Positions 1-9,464 of a DNA stretch of 64,000 bases are shown here, piece after piece. Both the position numbers and the translations under genes were made by a program. Origin of the DNA: an uncultured Bacilli bacterium. GTDB taxonomy: Bacteria > Bacillota_I > Bacilli_A > RF39 > UBA660. The stretch spans positions 1,391-65,390 of the forward strand of contig CASRZA010000001.1 in NCBI GenBank assembly GCA_949439935.1. Reading direction: 5' to 3'. The notes below the pieces were generated by a model. That model made no database searches and was not told the origin of the DNA. It saw only the letters and a list, made by a program, of their open reading frames with translations. Position 1 is the first letter of the stretch. Each line of letters opens with the position of its first letter.

Positions 1-31
1 TACAGATACCTCAAATGACGAAGGATTAAAA

Positions 32-571
32 ATGGCAAAGTACATAAGAAGTTATGGAGATTTCATCAGTCCTATAATACTTCTCACTACTAAAGATAAA
101 ACCACAATCATAAATAAGATCAACAACATATTGTTCATAGATCTGATAAAAGTCGATAAATACATAGTTAAAAAACTCATGTCAAACTTAAAAGAAGCTT
201 ATAAAATAGTGATAGGAAGGGCAGTTTACACTTTTTCTATCTTCGATGAAATATATAGAATTCCACATGAGGACATCAATTTTATAGAAAAAAATCTAAA
301 CGATGACTCGATAACGATAGTTACTAAGGATGATTCTTATCTCAATTACTCTTCGATAAAGGCTATTGAAAAAAGTCTCTCAAACGACATTAGATTTTAC
401 AAATCACATAGGAGTTGCATAATAAATCTATTTAATGTTTCATCTTATGATAAAAAAAATAACATTATTATCTTTAAAGACGGTACAAAAATAAATCACA
501 TAGCAAGAAACAAAAAAACAGAACTTGCCAGATTGTTAAAAAATTTCAACGATGAAAACTGCCAAACTTAA
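32..571 (+). CDS. LytTR-family DNA-binding domain protein
   Basis: C-terminal region (FYKSHRSCIINLFNV...IIIFKDGTKI) resembles the LytTR DNA-binding domain. No receiver domain is recognisable. Confidence 0.5.
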   Translation: MAKYIRSYGDFISPIILLTTKDKTTIINKINNILFIDLIKVDKYIVKKLMSNLKEAYKIVIGRAVYTFSIFDEIYRIPHEDINFIEKNLNDDSITIVTKDDSYLNYSSIKAIEKSLSNDIRFYKSHRSCIINLFNVSSYDKKNNIIIFKDGTKINHIARNKKTELARLLKNFNDENCQT

Positions 572-612
572 AAGTCATTCTTCTCACATAACAATATTAA
601 AAAAATTGGCCT

Positions 613-1269
613 TTACTTTATATAGCCAACTTTTTGCAATATAGTTATTAAGTCTGTCTTATTTTTATATCCCCTTATGCAATCATAAGTTTCATACTTA
701 TTTATAAATAAACTGAGTGGTGTTCCAAATCCGTCGGCCAACTTTTTATCTATTCCTTCGTTGACACATTTTCCAGGAATAACGACATTAGAATTTAAAA
801 CAGCCAAATAATCCTCTTCAGAGAAGTTTGCTAAATTGACATATACGATTTCGATTTTCTTTAAAGAAGCAACTTCTTCCAATATAGGGTAATACTTCTC
901 ACAATGGACACAGCCTGTCCTCCCGAAGACGAACATCGTATTCTTTTCTCTCTTAGCTAACTCGTCGAACTCCTTAAACGTCGTTGGCTTCTTAAGACCG
1001 AGCGATGAAGGATTACTTACTTCGTCACCTTTTGGTTCTGTCGTTCCTGGTACATCCGGTTGCTTCGTTGTAGTAGGTTTAGTCGTAGTAATGGTAGATG
1101 AACTACTTGGTTTAGTCGTCTTTGGAGGCTCATCTTTTTTTACCGTGTCGTCATTCGTCGTCAGATCCTTTTTATGTTGATAATAACGGCCGGTTAAAGC
1201 AACCATACAGACGATTAAAACTATCAGTAAAATTTTAAAAACAAAGTATTTATTCTTCATAATTATCAC
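613..1269 (-). CDS. membrane-anchored thioredoxin-family thiol:disulfide oxidoreductase
   Basis: N-terminal hydrophobic anchor, Thr/Pro-rich linker, thioredoxin-fold CxxC motif (GCVHCEKY). Confidence 0.6.
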   Translation of the reverse strand: MIIMKNKYFVFKILLIVLIVCMVALTGRYYQHKKDLTTNDDTVKKDEPPKTTKPSSSSTITTTKPTTTKQPDVPGTTEPKGDEVSNPSSLGLKKPTTFKEFDELAKREKNTMFVFGRTGCVHCEKYYPILEEVASLKKIEIVYVNLANFSEEDYLAVLNSNVVIPGKCVNEGIDKKLADGFGTPLSLFINKYETYDCIRGYKNKTDLITILQKVGYIK

Positions 1270-1378
1270 ACGATAATAGTATCATTTTTTTAAAAAAAAT
1301 ACCACCCTTTTCCTCAAAAGAAATTATAAATTTGACTTTGATAATAAAGAACTTTATAATGATTATGAGGTGTAGTCT

Positions 1379-3745
1379 ATGATAGAAAACATAAAAGAAA
1401 ACTCCATAGTCATAGTTCAAGATAACTATAAAACTGAATTCATTAGAAAATTTCGCAAGTCGAAAAATCTTTACGATGTAAAAATCATAGGGTTAAACGA
1501 ATTTAAAAAGAAATTCTATTTTGACTACACGAAAGAAACAATTTTTTATGTTCACAAAAAATATGGTGTAATTAAAGAGATCGCCGAAATATATTTAGAG
1601 AATCTTTACTATCTGTGTGAAGATAATTCTAAAAAAATGAAATTCTTAAAAGACCTTAAAGCCGACCTGATCGAAAGAAAACTTCTGAAGTTTGATGAAC
1701 CTTTTAAAAACTTTTTAAGAGGTAAAACTATCGTATTATATGATCTTAAACATGTAGATAAATTTTATACAAAAGTGTTCAACGAAATAAGTTTATATGC
1801 AATTATAGAACATGTCGACGAGACAAAAGAAAAGACTAAGAAACCTTTATATAAATTTCAAAACAAAGAAAGCGAAATAGCTTTTGTAGCAGAAAAAATC
1901 ATCGAACTGCTAAAAAAAGGTATCCCAATCGACAAAATAAAAATCGCGAATATAAACGACAATTATAAGTTTGCTTTAGAAGATACATTTAAGTCTTTTC
2001 ATATTCCTTTAGAACTAGACTCCTCTGAATCCATTGCTAGTACCATCGTAGTTAAAACATTCAAAAAAAGTTTTTGCGAATCTATCGAAACGTCCTTAGA
2101 AAACATAAAACCTCTCATGAAAAGTCAAAAAGATAAAAAGATTTACAAATATATAATAGATGTTATAAACGATTACGTTTGGTGCAAAGATCACCTAGAA
2201 GTTAGAGATTTCATCTTTGATGATTTAGATAAAAAAAAGATGCCGAAGTGTCATTTAAATCACGCGGTAAGAGCTATCGATTTTATAACTGATGTCATCT
2301 ACGACGACGAATACGTATTTCTTATAAACTTTAATCAGGGAGTTATTCCACACAATTACAAAGATGAAAACTATTTAAATGACAACCTGAGAAATAAAAT
2401 CGGAATAAGTGACTCAGTCGATTTAAATAAAAACGCCCTTCTCAAAATACAAGAAAGAATAGCGTGCACTAAAAATTTAATTGTAACATATTCTATTCGA
2501 GACCTTGGAGGAGATCTTTATATATCGAATGCGTTTAAAGAAGATCTGTTGAGTGAATGCGACGCGAATAAAACTTACAGTTGTTCTGACGTATTTAACA
2601 AGAGAATCTTAGTCAAAGAAAAAGATGAAAACAGAAAATATGGGACGATAACAGAAGATTTGAAGATGCTGTCCAAGCACTATGAAGATGAACCTTATTT
2701 AAATTATGATAATACCTTTAAAGGACTCGATAAAAACAAATTAAATGCTCATCTACAAAATAAACTAACTCTTTCTTACTCAAGCATGAACTCGTATTAT
2801 CACTGCAGCTTCAAATATTACTTAGACAATATACTGAAGATCGATAAATTTGAAGACACCTTCGAAATCGTCGTTGGAAATATATATCACGAAGTACTCT
2901 CTAATGCTTTTAAGAAAAACTTCGATTTTGAAATAAGCTGGAATCACGCAATCGAACATACAGAATTTCCTTTCGGGTCAAAAGAGCGATTTTTCCTTAG
3001 CATCTTGAAAGACGAATTGATTCGCGTAATCGAAGAGATAAAACGACAGAACGAATACACAAAGTTGGACAAAGCATTGTATGAACAAAAAATTTCTATT
3101 CCACTTAAGGATGGACGAGTAGAATTTAAAGGATTTGTCGACAAAATAATGTATGGCGAATTCGGCGAAGAAAAGATTGTTTCGATCGTGGATTATAAAA
3201 CCGGCAATCCTGAATTGAGTTTAGACAATGCCATCTATGGTCTAGACATGCAATTACCTATCTACGCTTATTTGATTCAACAGTTCGACGAATTAAAAGA
3301 TGCAAAGATAGGAGGATTCTATCTCCAGAAAATTCTCAACAACATAAAAGATCCCGATAAAAAACATGAATCGCTTAAACTTCAAGGATATTCTAATTCG
3401 AGCACTGAGATACTAAATTTCGTAGATGAAACCTACAATGATAGCAAGATCATCAAATCGTTAAGGACTGGGTCGAATGGTTTCTATGCATATTCTAAGG
3501 TTTTATCGACAGCCGAGATCGATAGATTGACTGACATCGTAAAAGAAAAGATAACTAATGCTGCGGATCGAATTCTCAATGCCGAATTCATAATAGACCC
3601 TAAAGAGATCGATGACAAATTGGTGGGTTGCAAGTTTTGTAAATATAAAGACATCTGCTACATGAACAACAAAAATATTAAAAAACTTAAAAAAATGTCT
3701 AAAAAAGATTTTTTAGGAGGTGATAAAAATGCCGAGTTGGACTAA
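1379..3745 (+). CDS. addB: ATP-dependent helicase/nuclease subunit B (AddB/RexB)
   Basis: 788 aa, immediately upstream of and overlapping addA. C-terminal Cys cluster (C...CKFCKYKDIC) typical of the AddB Fe-S nuclease domain. Confidence 0.7.
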   Translation: MIENIKENSIVIVQDNYKTEFIRKFRKSKNLYDVKIIGLNEFKKKFYFDYTKETIFYVHKKYGVIKEIAEIYLENLYYLCEDNSKKMKFLKDLKADLIERKLLKFDEPFKNFLRGKTIVLYDLKHVDKFYTKVFNEISLYAIIEHVDETKEKTKKPLYKFQNKESEIAFVAEKIIELLKKGIPIDKIKIANINDNYKFALEDTFKSFHIPLELDSSESIASTIVVKTFKKSFCESIETSLENIKPLMKSQKDKKIYKYIIDVINDYVWCKDHLEVRDFIFDDLDKKKMPKCHLNHAVRAIDFITDVIYDDEYVFLINFNQGVIPHNYKDENYLNDNLRNKIGISDSVDLNKNALLKIQERIACTKNLIVTYSIRDLGGDLYISNAFKEDLLSECDANKTYSCSDVFNKRILVKEKDENRKYGTITEDLKMLSKHYEDEPYLNYDNTFKGLDKNKLNAHLQNKLTLSYSSMNSYYHCSFKYYLDNILKIDKFEDTFEIVVGNIYHEVLSNAFKKNFDFEISWNHAIEHTEFPFGSKERFFLSILKDELIRVIEEIKRQNEYTKLDKALYEQKISIPLKDGRVEFKGFVDKIMYGEFGEEKIVSIVDYKTGNPELSLDNAIYGLDMQLPIYAYLIQQFDELKDAKIGGFYLQKILNNIKDPDKKHESLKLQGYSNSSTEILNFVDETYNDSKIIKSLRTGSNGFYAYSKVLSTAEIDRLTDIVKEKITNAADRILNAEFIIDPKEIDDKLVGCKFCKYKDICYMNNKNIKKLKKMSKKDFLGGDKNAELD

Positions 3746-6700
3746 AGAACAAACTGAAGCGATCGAAAAATCTGGTTCAAACATAATCGTAAGTGCAGGC
3801 GCTGGTTCTGGAAAGACAGCAGTTCTATCAGAAAGAGTGATCTTCAAACTTAACTCTGGTATTCACGTCGACGAACTCTTAATTCTGACCTTCACGCGCG
3901 CTGCCGCAGAAGAGATGAAAGATAGAATTAGAAAAAAAATTAAAAAAGATTCAAACTTAAAAGGTGAGTTAGACATTCTCGAATCTGCTTACATAACAAC
4001 TTTCGATTCCTTCGCCCTGTCAGTCGTAAAAAAATATCACTACTTATTGAACATACCGAAGTCTATCGAAATAACGGACGATTCGATCGTTAAATTAGAG
4101 AAGAAAAAAATTATGGATAGAGTCTTCGACTCTTCTTATGAAGAACCAAAAGAAAGTTTCTCTAACTTAATAAAAAGATTTTCTTTAAAAAACGATACTA
4201 TGTTAAAAAACTCTCTTCTCGTTTTAGCAGAAAAAGTGGAGGGGTTTACTGATAAAGATGAGTACTTGAGATTTTTAAAACAAGAGTTCTTTGGCGATGA
4301 AAACTTAGATGCAATCGTAAATTCTTTTTTGACGTATGTCGATGAACTCAAAAAAAACTTATCTCTAGAATTAGAAAAGACATATTTGTATTTTGATGAA
4401 ACTTTTAATTCTAAATTAGATGAAGCCTTATTACCCATCATAAATTCAAAAAATCTAGATGAACTGATCGCGAGAAAAGACGTAAAATTTCCGAGGGTCC
4501 CAAATGGTACAGACGACGAGGCAAAAAAAGTAAAAGAAGACTTAAAAAAAGCCTTAGAAGATTTATTAGCTGTAACAATCTATGGTAACGAAGAAAAAAT
4601 TAAAACCGACATATTGTCAACTAAATCTACGACACTTTCCATCGTCGAACTACTTGAACGATTTTATGCGGAATTAAAATCATTCAAAGAAAAAAATGGC
4701 ATCTATACGTTCGGAGACGTTGCAAATCTTGCCATAAAGATATTAAGAGATCAGGAAGATGCTAGACTAGAACTTAAGAACAAATTTAAAGAAATAATGA
4801 TCGACGAATATCAGGATACGAATGACATTCAAGAAACGTTCATAGGACTTATTGCTAACAACAACGTCTACATGGTAGGAGATATCAAGCAATCGATTTA
4901 CCGCTTTAGAGGATCCAACCCTAGCATTTTCAAAACAAAATACGACGACTATTCAAAAAACTTAAACGGTTACAAGATAGACCTCATCAAAAATTTCCGT
5001 TCTCGCGAAGAAGTACTGGACAATATAAATCGTATTTTTGATCTTTTAATGGATGACAATTTAGGCGGGGCTGCTTATACTGTATCTCACGAGATGGTTT
5101 ATGGTAACACTTCCTACGATACTAAAAAGATGTCGTCATATGATTATAACTTTGAAGTTCTAGAGTATGCAGATGCCAAAGAGACTGAGTTCACAAATAT
5201 AGAAGCGGAAATCTTTACGATTGGAAATGACATAAAGAAAAAGATAGATTCGCGTTTTCAAGTCTTCGACAAAGATACGAACGAACTGAGACCATTCAAA
5301 TATAGCGATGCAGTAATAATCCTAGATAGGAGTCGCTACTTTGACGATTTCAAAAGAATTTTTGAGTACTTGAGTATCCCGCTTACGATTTTAAAAGATG
5401 AAAACCTAAGCTCAAGCATAGACATTTTACTCTTAAAAAATATCATAGATCTTATAATACGAATTCAAAAAAAAGATTTCAAAGTAGATTTTAAATACGA
5501 TCTTTTGAGCATCGGTCGAAGTTTTCTTTATGAGTATACAGATGAATATCTTTTCACATTGATAACAGAAAACACTTTTCAAGAAAGCACATTGTACCAA
5601 GATTTCCAAAAACTAGATGACTATAATTCGATGACTATTCGCGAATTTCTCATTAAAATTTTAGATACCACTAAATACTTTGATAAGATTTCTCTAGTCG
5701 GTGATTACGAAAATCGATATGTACGAATCTCTAAAATCGTCGACATGGCGTCTTCACTTGGCAGTATGGGCTACACTATCGAAGATTTCAAAGATTATCT
5801 CGACGAGATCGATAAAGAAAACTTAGAAATAAAATACACTTCTGCTTCGACGGACTCTGACAGTGTAAAAATTCTAACTATCCATAAATCGAAGGGTCTC
5901 GAATATCCAGTTTGTTACTTTGCCGACTTGGTTCATGACTTTAACACGAAAGAGCTTAAAGAGAAATTCATATGTGATTCTAAATTCGGACTCATAACGC
6001 CTGTCGAAACTGAAGAGGAAGGAGACTCAGACTCCATAGTAAAACTTCTCTACAAAAGAGCATTTTTGAAAGAAGAAATAAGTGAAAAAATAAGACTTTT
6101 CTACGTGGCACTTACCCGTGCGAGAGAAAAGTTCATTATCGTCTTGCCGAACAAAGATACTGTCAAATTAGAAAAGAACGAAGTTGGCACCATAGAACTC
6201 ACGAGGAGACTTAAATTTAAAACTCTCGGCGATTTTATCTATGGAATAAAAGATTACCTTCCAACTTACTTCCACGAAGTCAACTTAAACGAGATCGGAC
6301 TTACAAAGGAGTACTTATATAACAAAGAATCTAAAACCAAAATAGATGTTTCTAAAATAGAAGATTTTACCGTTGAAGAGATCGATATTCCAGTCGAAAA
6401 TATCGAAGAACAAAGATTCTCAAAAAATCTTCCAGAACTCATCTCGAAAGAGGCAAATGACAACATGGAATATGGTACTAAAATACATGAAATTCTAGAA
6501 TATACAGATTTCAAAAACTTTGACTCGTCTGATATTGAAGATGAATTCGCAAGAAGTAAAGTGTCGAAATTCATTTCAAGCGAACTACTATCGAATGTAA
6601 AAGACGCCAAAATCTTTCATGAATACGAATTTATCTACACAAAGGGCGATATTGAATATCATGGCAGCATCGACCTTATGTTAGTGTATAAAGAACACAT

Positions 6701-6854
6701 AGACATCATCGACTATAAATTAAAAAATACGACCGATGAGCACTACTTAGATCAATTGAACGGATATAAAACCTACATCGAGACGATAACTAATAAGCCT
6801 GTTGATATCTATCTATATTCTATTCTTAATGAAAGTTTCACAAAATTAAATTGA
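3729..6854 (+). CDS. addA: ATP-dependent helicase/nuclease subunit A (AddA/RexA), UvrD-like
   Basis: Walker A GAGSGKT, motif II DEYQDT and UvrD-like helicase layout with a C-terminal nuclease region. AGGAGG RBS at 3714-3719, so the likely start is the ATG at 3729 rather than the GTG at 3720. Confidence 0.85.
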   Translation: MPSWTKEQTEAIEKSGSNIIVSAGAGSGKTAVLSERVIFKLNSGIHVDELLILTFTRAAAEEMKDRIRKKIKKDSNLKGELDILESAYITTFDSFALSVVKKYHYLLNIPKSIEITDDSIVKLEKKKIMDRVFDSSYEEPKESFSNLIKRFSLKNDTMLKNSLLVLAEKVEGFTDKDEYLRFLKQEFFGDENLDAIVNSFLTYVDELKKNLSLELEKTYLYFDETFNSKLDEALLPIINSKNLDELIARKDVKFPRVPNGTDDEAKKVKEDLKKALEDLLAVTIYGNEEKIKTDILSTKSTTLSIVELLERFYAELKSFKEKNGIYTFGDVANLAIKILRDQEDARLELKNKFKEIMIDEYQDTNDIQETFIGLIANNNVYMVGDIKQSIYRFRGSNPSIFKTKYDDYSKNLNGYKIDLIKNFRSREEVLDNINRIFDLLMDDNLGGAAYTVSHEMVYGNTSYDTKKMSSYDYNFEVLEYADAKETEFTNIEAEIFTIGNDIKKKIDSRFQVFDKDTNELRPFKYSDAVIILDRSRYFDDFKRIFEYLSIPLTILKDENLSSSIDILLLKNIIDLIIRIQKKDFKVDFKYDLLSIGRSFLYEYTDEYLFTLITENTFQESTLYQDFQKLDDYNSMTIREFLIKILDTTKYFDKISLVGDYENRYVRISKIVDMASSLGSMGYTIEDFKDYLDEIDKENLEIKYTSASTDSDSVKILTIHKSKGLEYPVCYFADLVHDFNTKELKEKFICDSKFGLITPVETEEEGDSDSIVKLLYKRAFLKEEISEKIRLFYVALTRAREKFIIVLPNKDTVKLEKNEVGTIELTRRLKFKTLGDFIYGIKDYLPTYFHEVNLNEIGLTKEYLYNKESKTKIDVSKIEDFTVEEIDIPVENIEEQRFSKNLPELISKEANDNMEYGTKIHEILEYTDFKNFDSSDIEDEFARSKVSKFISSELLSNVKDAKIFHEYEFIYTKGDIEYHGSIDLMLVYKEHIDIIDYKLKNTTDEHYLDQLNGYKTYIETITNKPVDIYLYSILNESFTKLN

Positions 6855-7442
6855 CAAGTGAAATCGAATGTCTTATGAAAGTCTAAAATCAAAGTGGTCA
6901 TTAGATTATTTTGATTGGACTGCTTACATAAGTACCAAAGCGAAGATGCCTACTTATCAACAGTACTCGCCTGTGAAAAAAGAAACGATATACACATATG
7001 TATGCGCCTTAAAGAAGCAAAGAAAACAATACTCGCAAAACTGGGCAAATTAAAAATAGTATCTGACGAAGACATATAACTAAGCCTATGATTGTATAAT
7101 ACTACGGTTAATAATCTAAAAAACTTAGGTTATACTATTAGAGAAATTGCTCAGTTGCTTTGTGACGATCAAGAAGGCATAGGCGAAAAAGGAAAAGGTG
7201 ATAGAATCGACAACACAAACCTCGTCGAATTTATAATAGATTATGGGCTGAATACTCATGGTGCTAGTAGACTGAAAAAAACTCCCATCGTTCTATTAAA
7301 AGAAATAAGAGACCGCATAAGAGATTATGCTTGCCTCGAAGAAGATATGATCGTTCAAATACAAGCCTGACTTGGGACAGCAAACCCTTCGTTTTAAACC
7401 AAATAAAGAAAACTAAATATATCGTATAATGATTTACTTGCA

Positions 7443-7467
7443 AAGTTGTGTTGCAAGTTTTTTTAAA
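7443..7467 (+). terminator. Rho-independent terminator (ACTTGCAA-loop-TTGCAAGT + T7)
   Basis: Perfect 8-bp stem followed by a run of seven T, seen directly in the sequence. Confidence 0.6.
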
Positions 7468-7479
7468 ATACCTTATAAT
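7451..7479 (+). promoter_or_regulatory. sigma-A type promoter for prfB (-35 TTGCAA, 17-nt spacer, -10 TATAAT)
   Basis: TTGCAA at 7451-7456 and TATAAT at 7474-7479, 16 nt upstream of the prfB start. Confidence 0.5.
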
Positions 7480-7495
7480 TTTACTAGGTGATAAC

Positions 7496-8591
7496 ATGGA
7501 TAAGAATGTTGTATTACAAAATTTAAAAAGCTTAAAAGAAGATTTAACTGTCTTAGGGAGGTCACTTTGACTTAGAAAACAAAAATAGACAGATCGACGA
7601 ACTCAAAGAAGAACTAAAGTGCGACAATATTTGGAATGATGTAGACAAGGCTACCAACTTAAATAGAACTCTCAGTTCATTAGAAAAATCGGTAAGCGAT
7701 TATAACTCTCTAAAAAAAGAAGTCGAAGACAACCTGGAACTTTTAGATTTAGTCGAAGATGCAAAAGATTTAGAAGAGATAACGGCCACTTATGAGAAAA
7801 TGAAAATGCGATATGATGAACTCGAAGTCGCCTCTCTTCTAAACGGCGAATATGATACTAAAAGTTGCTATCTAGAGATACACCCTGGGGCGGGTGGTAC
7901 GGAGGCATGCGACTGGGCAAGCATGCTCTTTAGGATGTACTCCATGTTCTGTGAAAAGAACGGTTACACTTATAAAATAATCGACGAACAAAAAGGCGAT
8001 GAAGCTGGTCTCAAATCGATCACTATTTTGATAGAGGGCTATTTTCCATACGGCTACTTTAAAGGTGAAACGGGAGTTCATAGATTAGTTCGGATAAGTC
8101 CGTTCGACTCAAACGCCAGAAGACACACTTCATTCGCAAGCGTAAGTGTAGTACCAGCAATCGACGATACGATAGATATCGACATCAAAGAATCTGATTT
8201 AAAAGTAGATGTCTACCATTCTAGTGGTGCAGGAGGACAATCGGTAAATACGAGCAATTCGGCTGTTAGAATAACACATTTGCCGACCAAAACTGTCGTC
8301 ACTTGCCAAATAGAACGTAGTCAAAACAGAAATAAAGATATAGCTATGCAGATGTTAAAGAGCAAGCTATACGCTATGGAAAAAGCCAAAAAAGATAAAG
8401 AAAAAAGTGATTTAAAAGGAGACATCGTCGACATAAATTTTGGTTCTCAAATAAGGAATTATGTCCTAGAACCATACAAACTTGTTAAAGATGTTCGTAC
8501 TAACTATGAGACGAGCAATGCTAGCAAAGTTCTAGACGGCGACATCCTGCCTTTCATGGAATGTTTTTTAAAGAATAAAAGAGGTAATTGA
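7496..8591 (+). CDS. prfB: peptide chain release factor 2, needs a programmed +1 frameshift (7496..7568 joined to 7569..8591)
   Basis: The short ORF MDKNVVLQNLKSLKEDLTVLGRSL ends at an in-frame TGA inside CTT TGA C, preceded by SD-like AGGGAGG. The +1 frame continues into the 263-aa ORF that carries the GGQ motif (GGQSVNTSNSAVRITHLPT). Confidence 0.9.
7565..7571 (+). other. programmed +1 ribosomal frameshift site CTT TGA C
   Basis: Canonical RF2 autoregulatory slippery site with an internal Shine-Dalgarno (AGGGAGG at 7555-7561) 3 nt upstream. Confidence 0.85.
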
Positions 8592-8592
8592 A

Positions 8593-9441
8593 ATGAAAAT
8601 AATAACGAAGTATCTTAAGATAATCTTAGGTTGCATGATGATAGCAATCTCTTTAAACCTATTTTTCAAAGATAGAAGTTTGATCCCCTCAGGAGTATTC
8701 GGTTTTGCCATCATGTATGGAGCTAAAACAAAGATCGATTTAAGTATCTCCCTCGCAGCAGCGAATCTTATCTTCTTCTTATTGTCGTGTATATTTCTAT
8801 CGAAGAAGACGATAAAAAGATTGATACTTCCGTTTATTTTAGTTCCAATCTTCGTATACGTCACTTCGAATATCGCAACGATAGTCAACTTGCAAGACGT
8901 AGATAAACTGCTTATATCGATTTATGGCGGCGCTCTTATAGGTATGGGAGCAAGATTCATATACAAAGAAAATCGGTATACAAGTGGTGCAGACGTAATC
9001 ATGCTTGTAAGCAAAATGATCGACAATCCTAGAAGATACCTCGCAAACTATTGTCTAGATTTAGTTTGGATCGCCCTTGCAATCAAACTATACGGACTAG
9101 AAGGAGCGATGTACACAGCTATCTCGATAATATTGATAGAGTTTATTTCGCGCCGAGCATATTTAGGTGTAAGCGACTCTAAAGTTTTCTACATAATAAC
9201 AAAAAAAGAAAACGACGTGAGAGATTATATCCTTAATGAACTTAACTACGATCTTACCACATTCGATGCCAAAGGTGGATTCTTAAAAGCTAAAAACAAA
9301 GTCATCATGTGCGTTATTCCGACCAAAGATTATTATAGGCTTCGCGAGGGAGTTAAACAGATCGACCCAAAGGCTTTCATCTCGATTACAGATTCTTATG
9401 AAGTAGTAAACCCAAACAAAACTTTAAAATCAAAAAATTAA
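8593..9441 (+). CDS. YitT-family membrane protein (DUF161/DUF2179-like)
   Basis: Multi-pass hydrophobic N-terminal region with a soluble C-terminal domain. The layout is typical of the YitT family. Confidence 0.45.
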   Translation: MKIITKYLKIILGCMMIAISLNLFFKDRSLIPSGVFGFAIMYGAKTKIDLSISLAAANLIFFLLSCIFLSKKTIKRLILPFILVPIFVYVTSNIATIVNLQDVDKLLISIYGGALIGMGARFIYKENRYTSGADVIMLVSKMIDNPRRYLANYCLDLVWIALAIKLYGLEGAMYTAISIILIEFISRRAYLGVSDSKVFYIITKKENDVRDYILNELNYDLTTFDAKGGFLKAKNKVIMCVIPTKDYYRLREGVKQIDPKAFISITDSYEVVNPNKTLKSKN

Positions 9442-9464
9442 GAAGGATAAGAATAGTGAGTTAG

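Noticed and set aside
4136-6610. Antisense ORFs inside addA (4136-4441, 6266-6610) and inside addB (2944-3144)
   Set aside because: They are embedded in long genes with strong helicase or nuclease motifs on the opposite strand. Their amino-acid composition is Ser/Phe/Leu-rich, typical of antisense reading of AT-rich coding DNA.
6868-7370. Two small ORFs (61 and 92 aa) between addA and prfB, possibly genes
   Set aside because: No RBS or motif support and weak sequence composition. They may be real small proteins, but I could not support them. The terminator and promoter of prfB downstream are the better-supported features.
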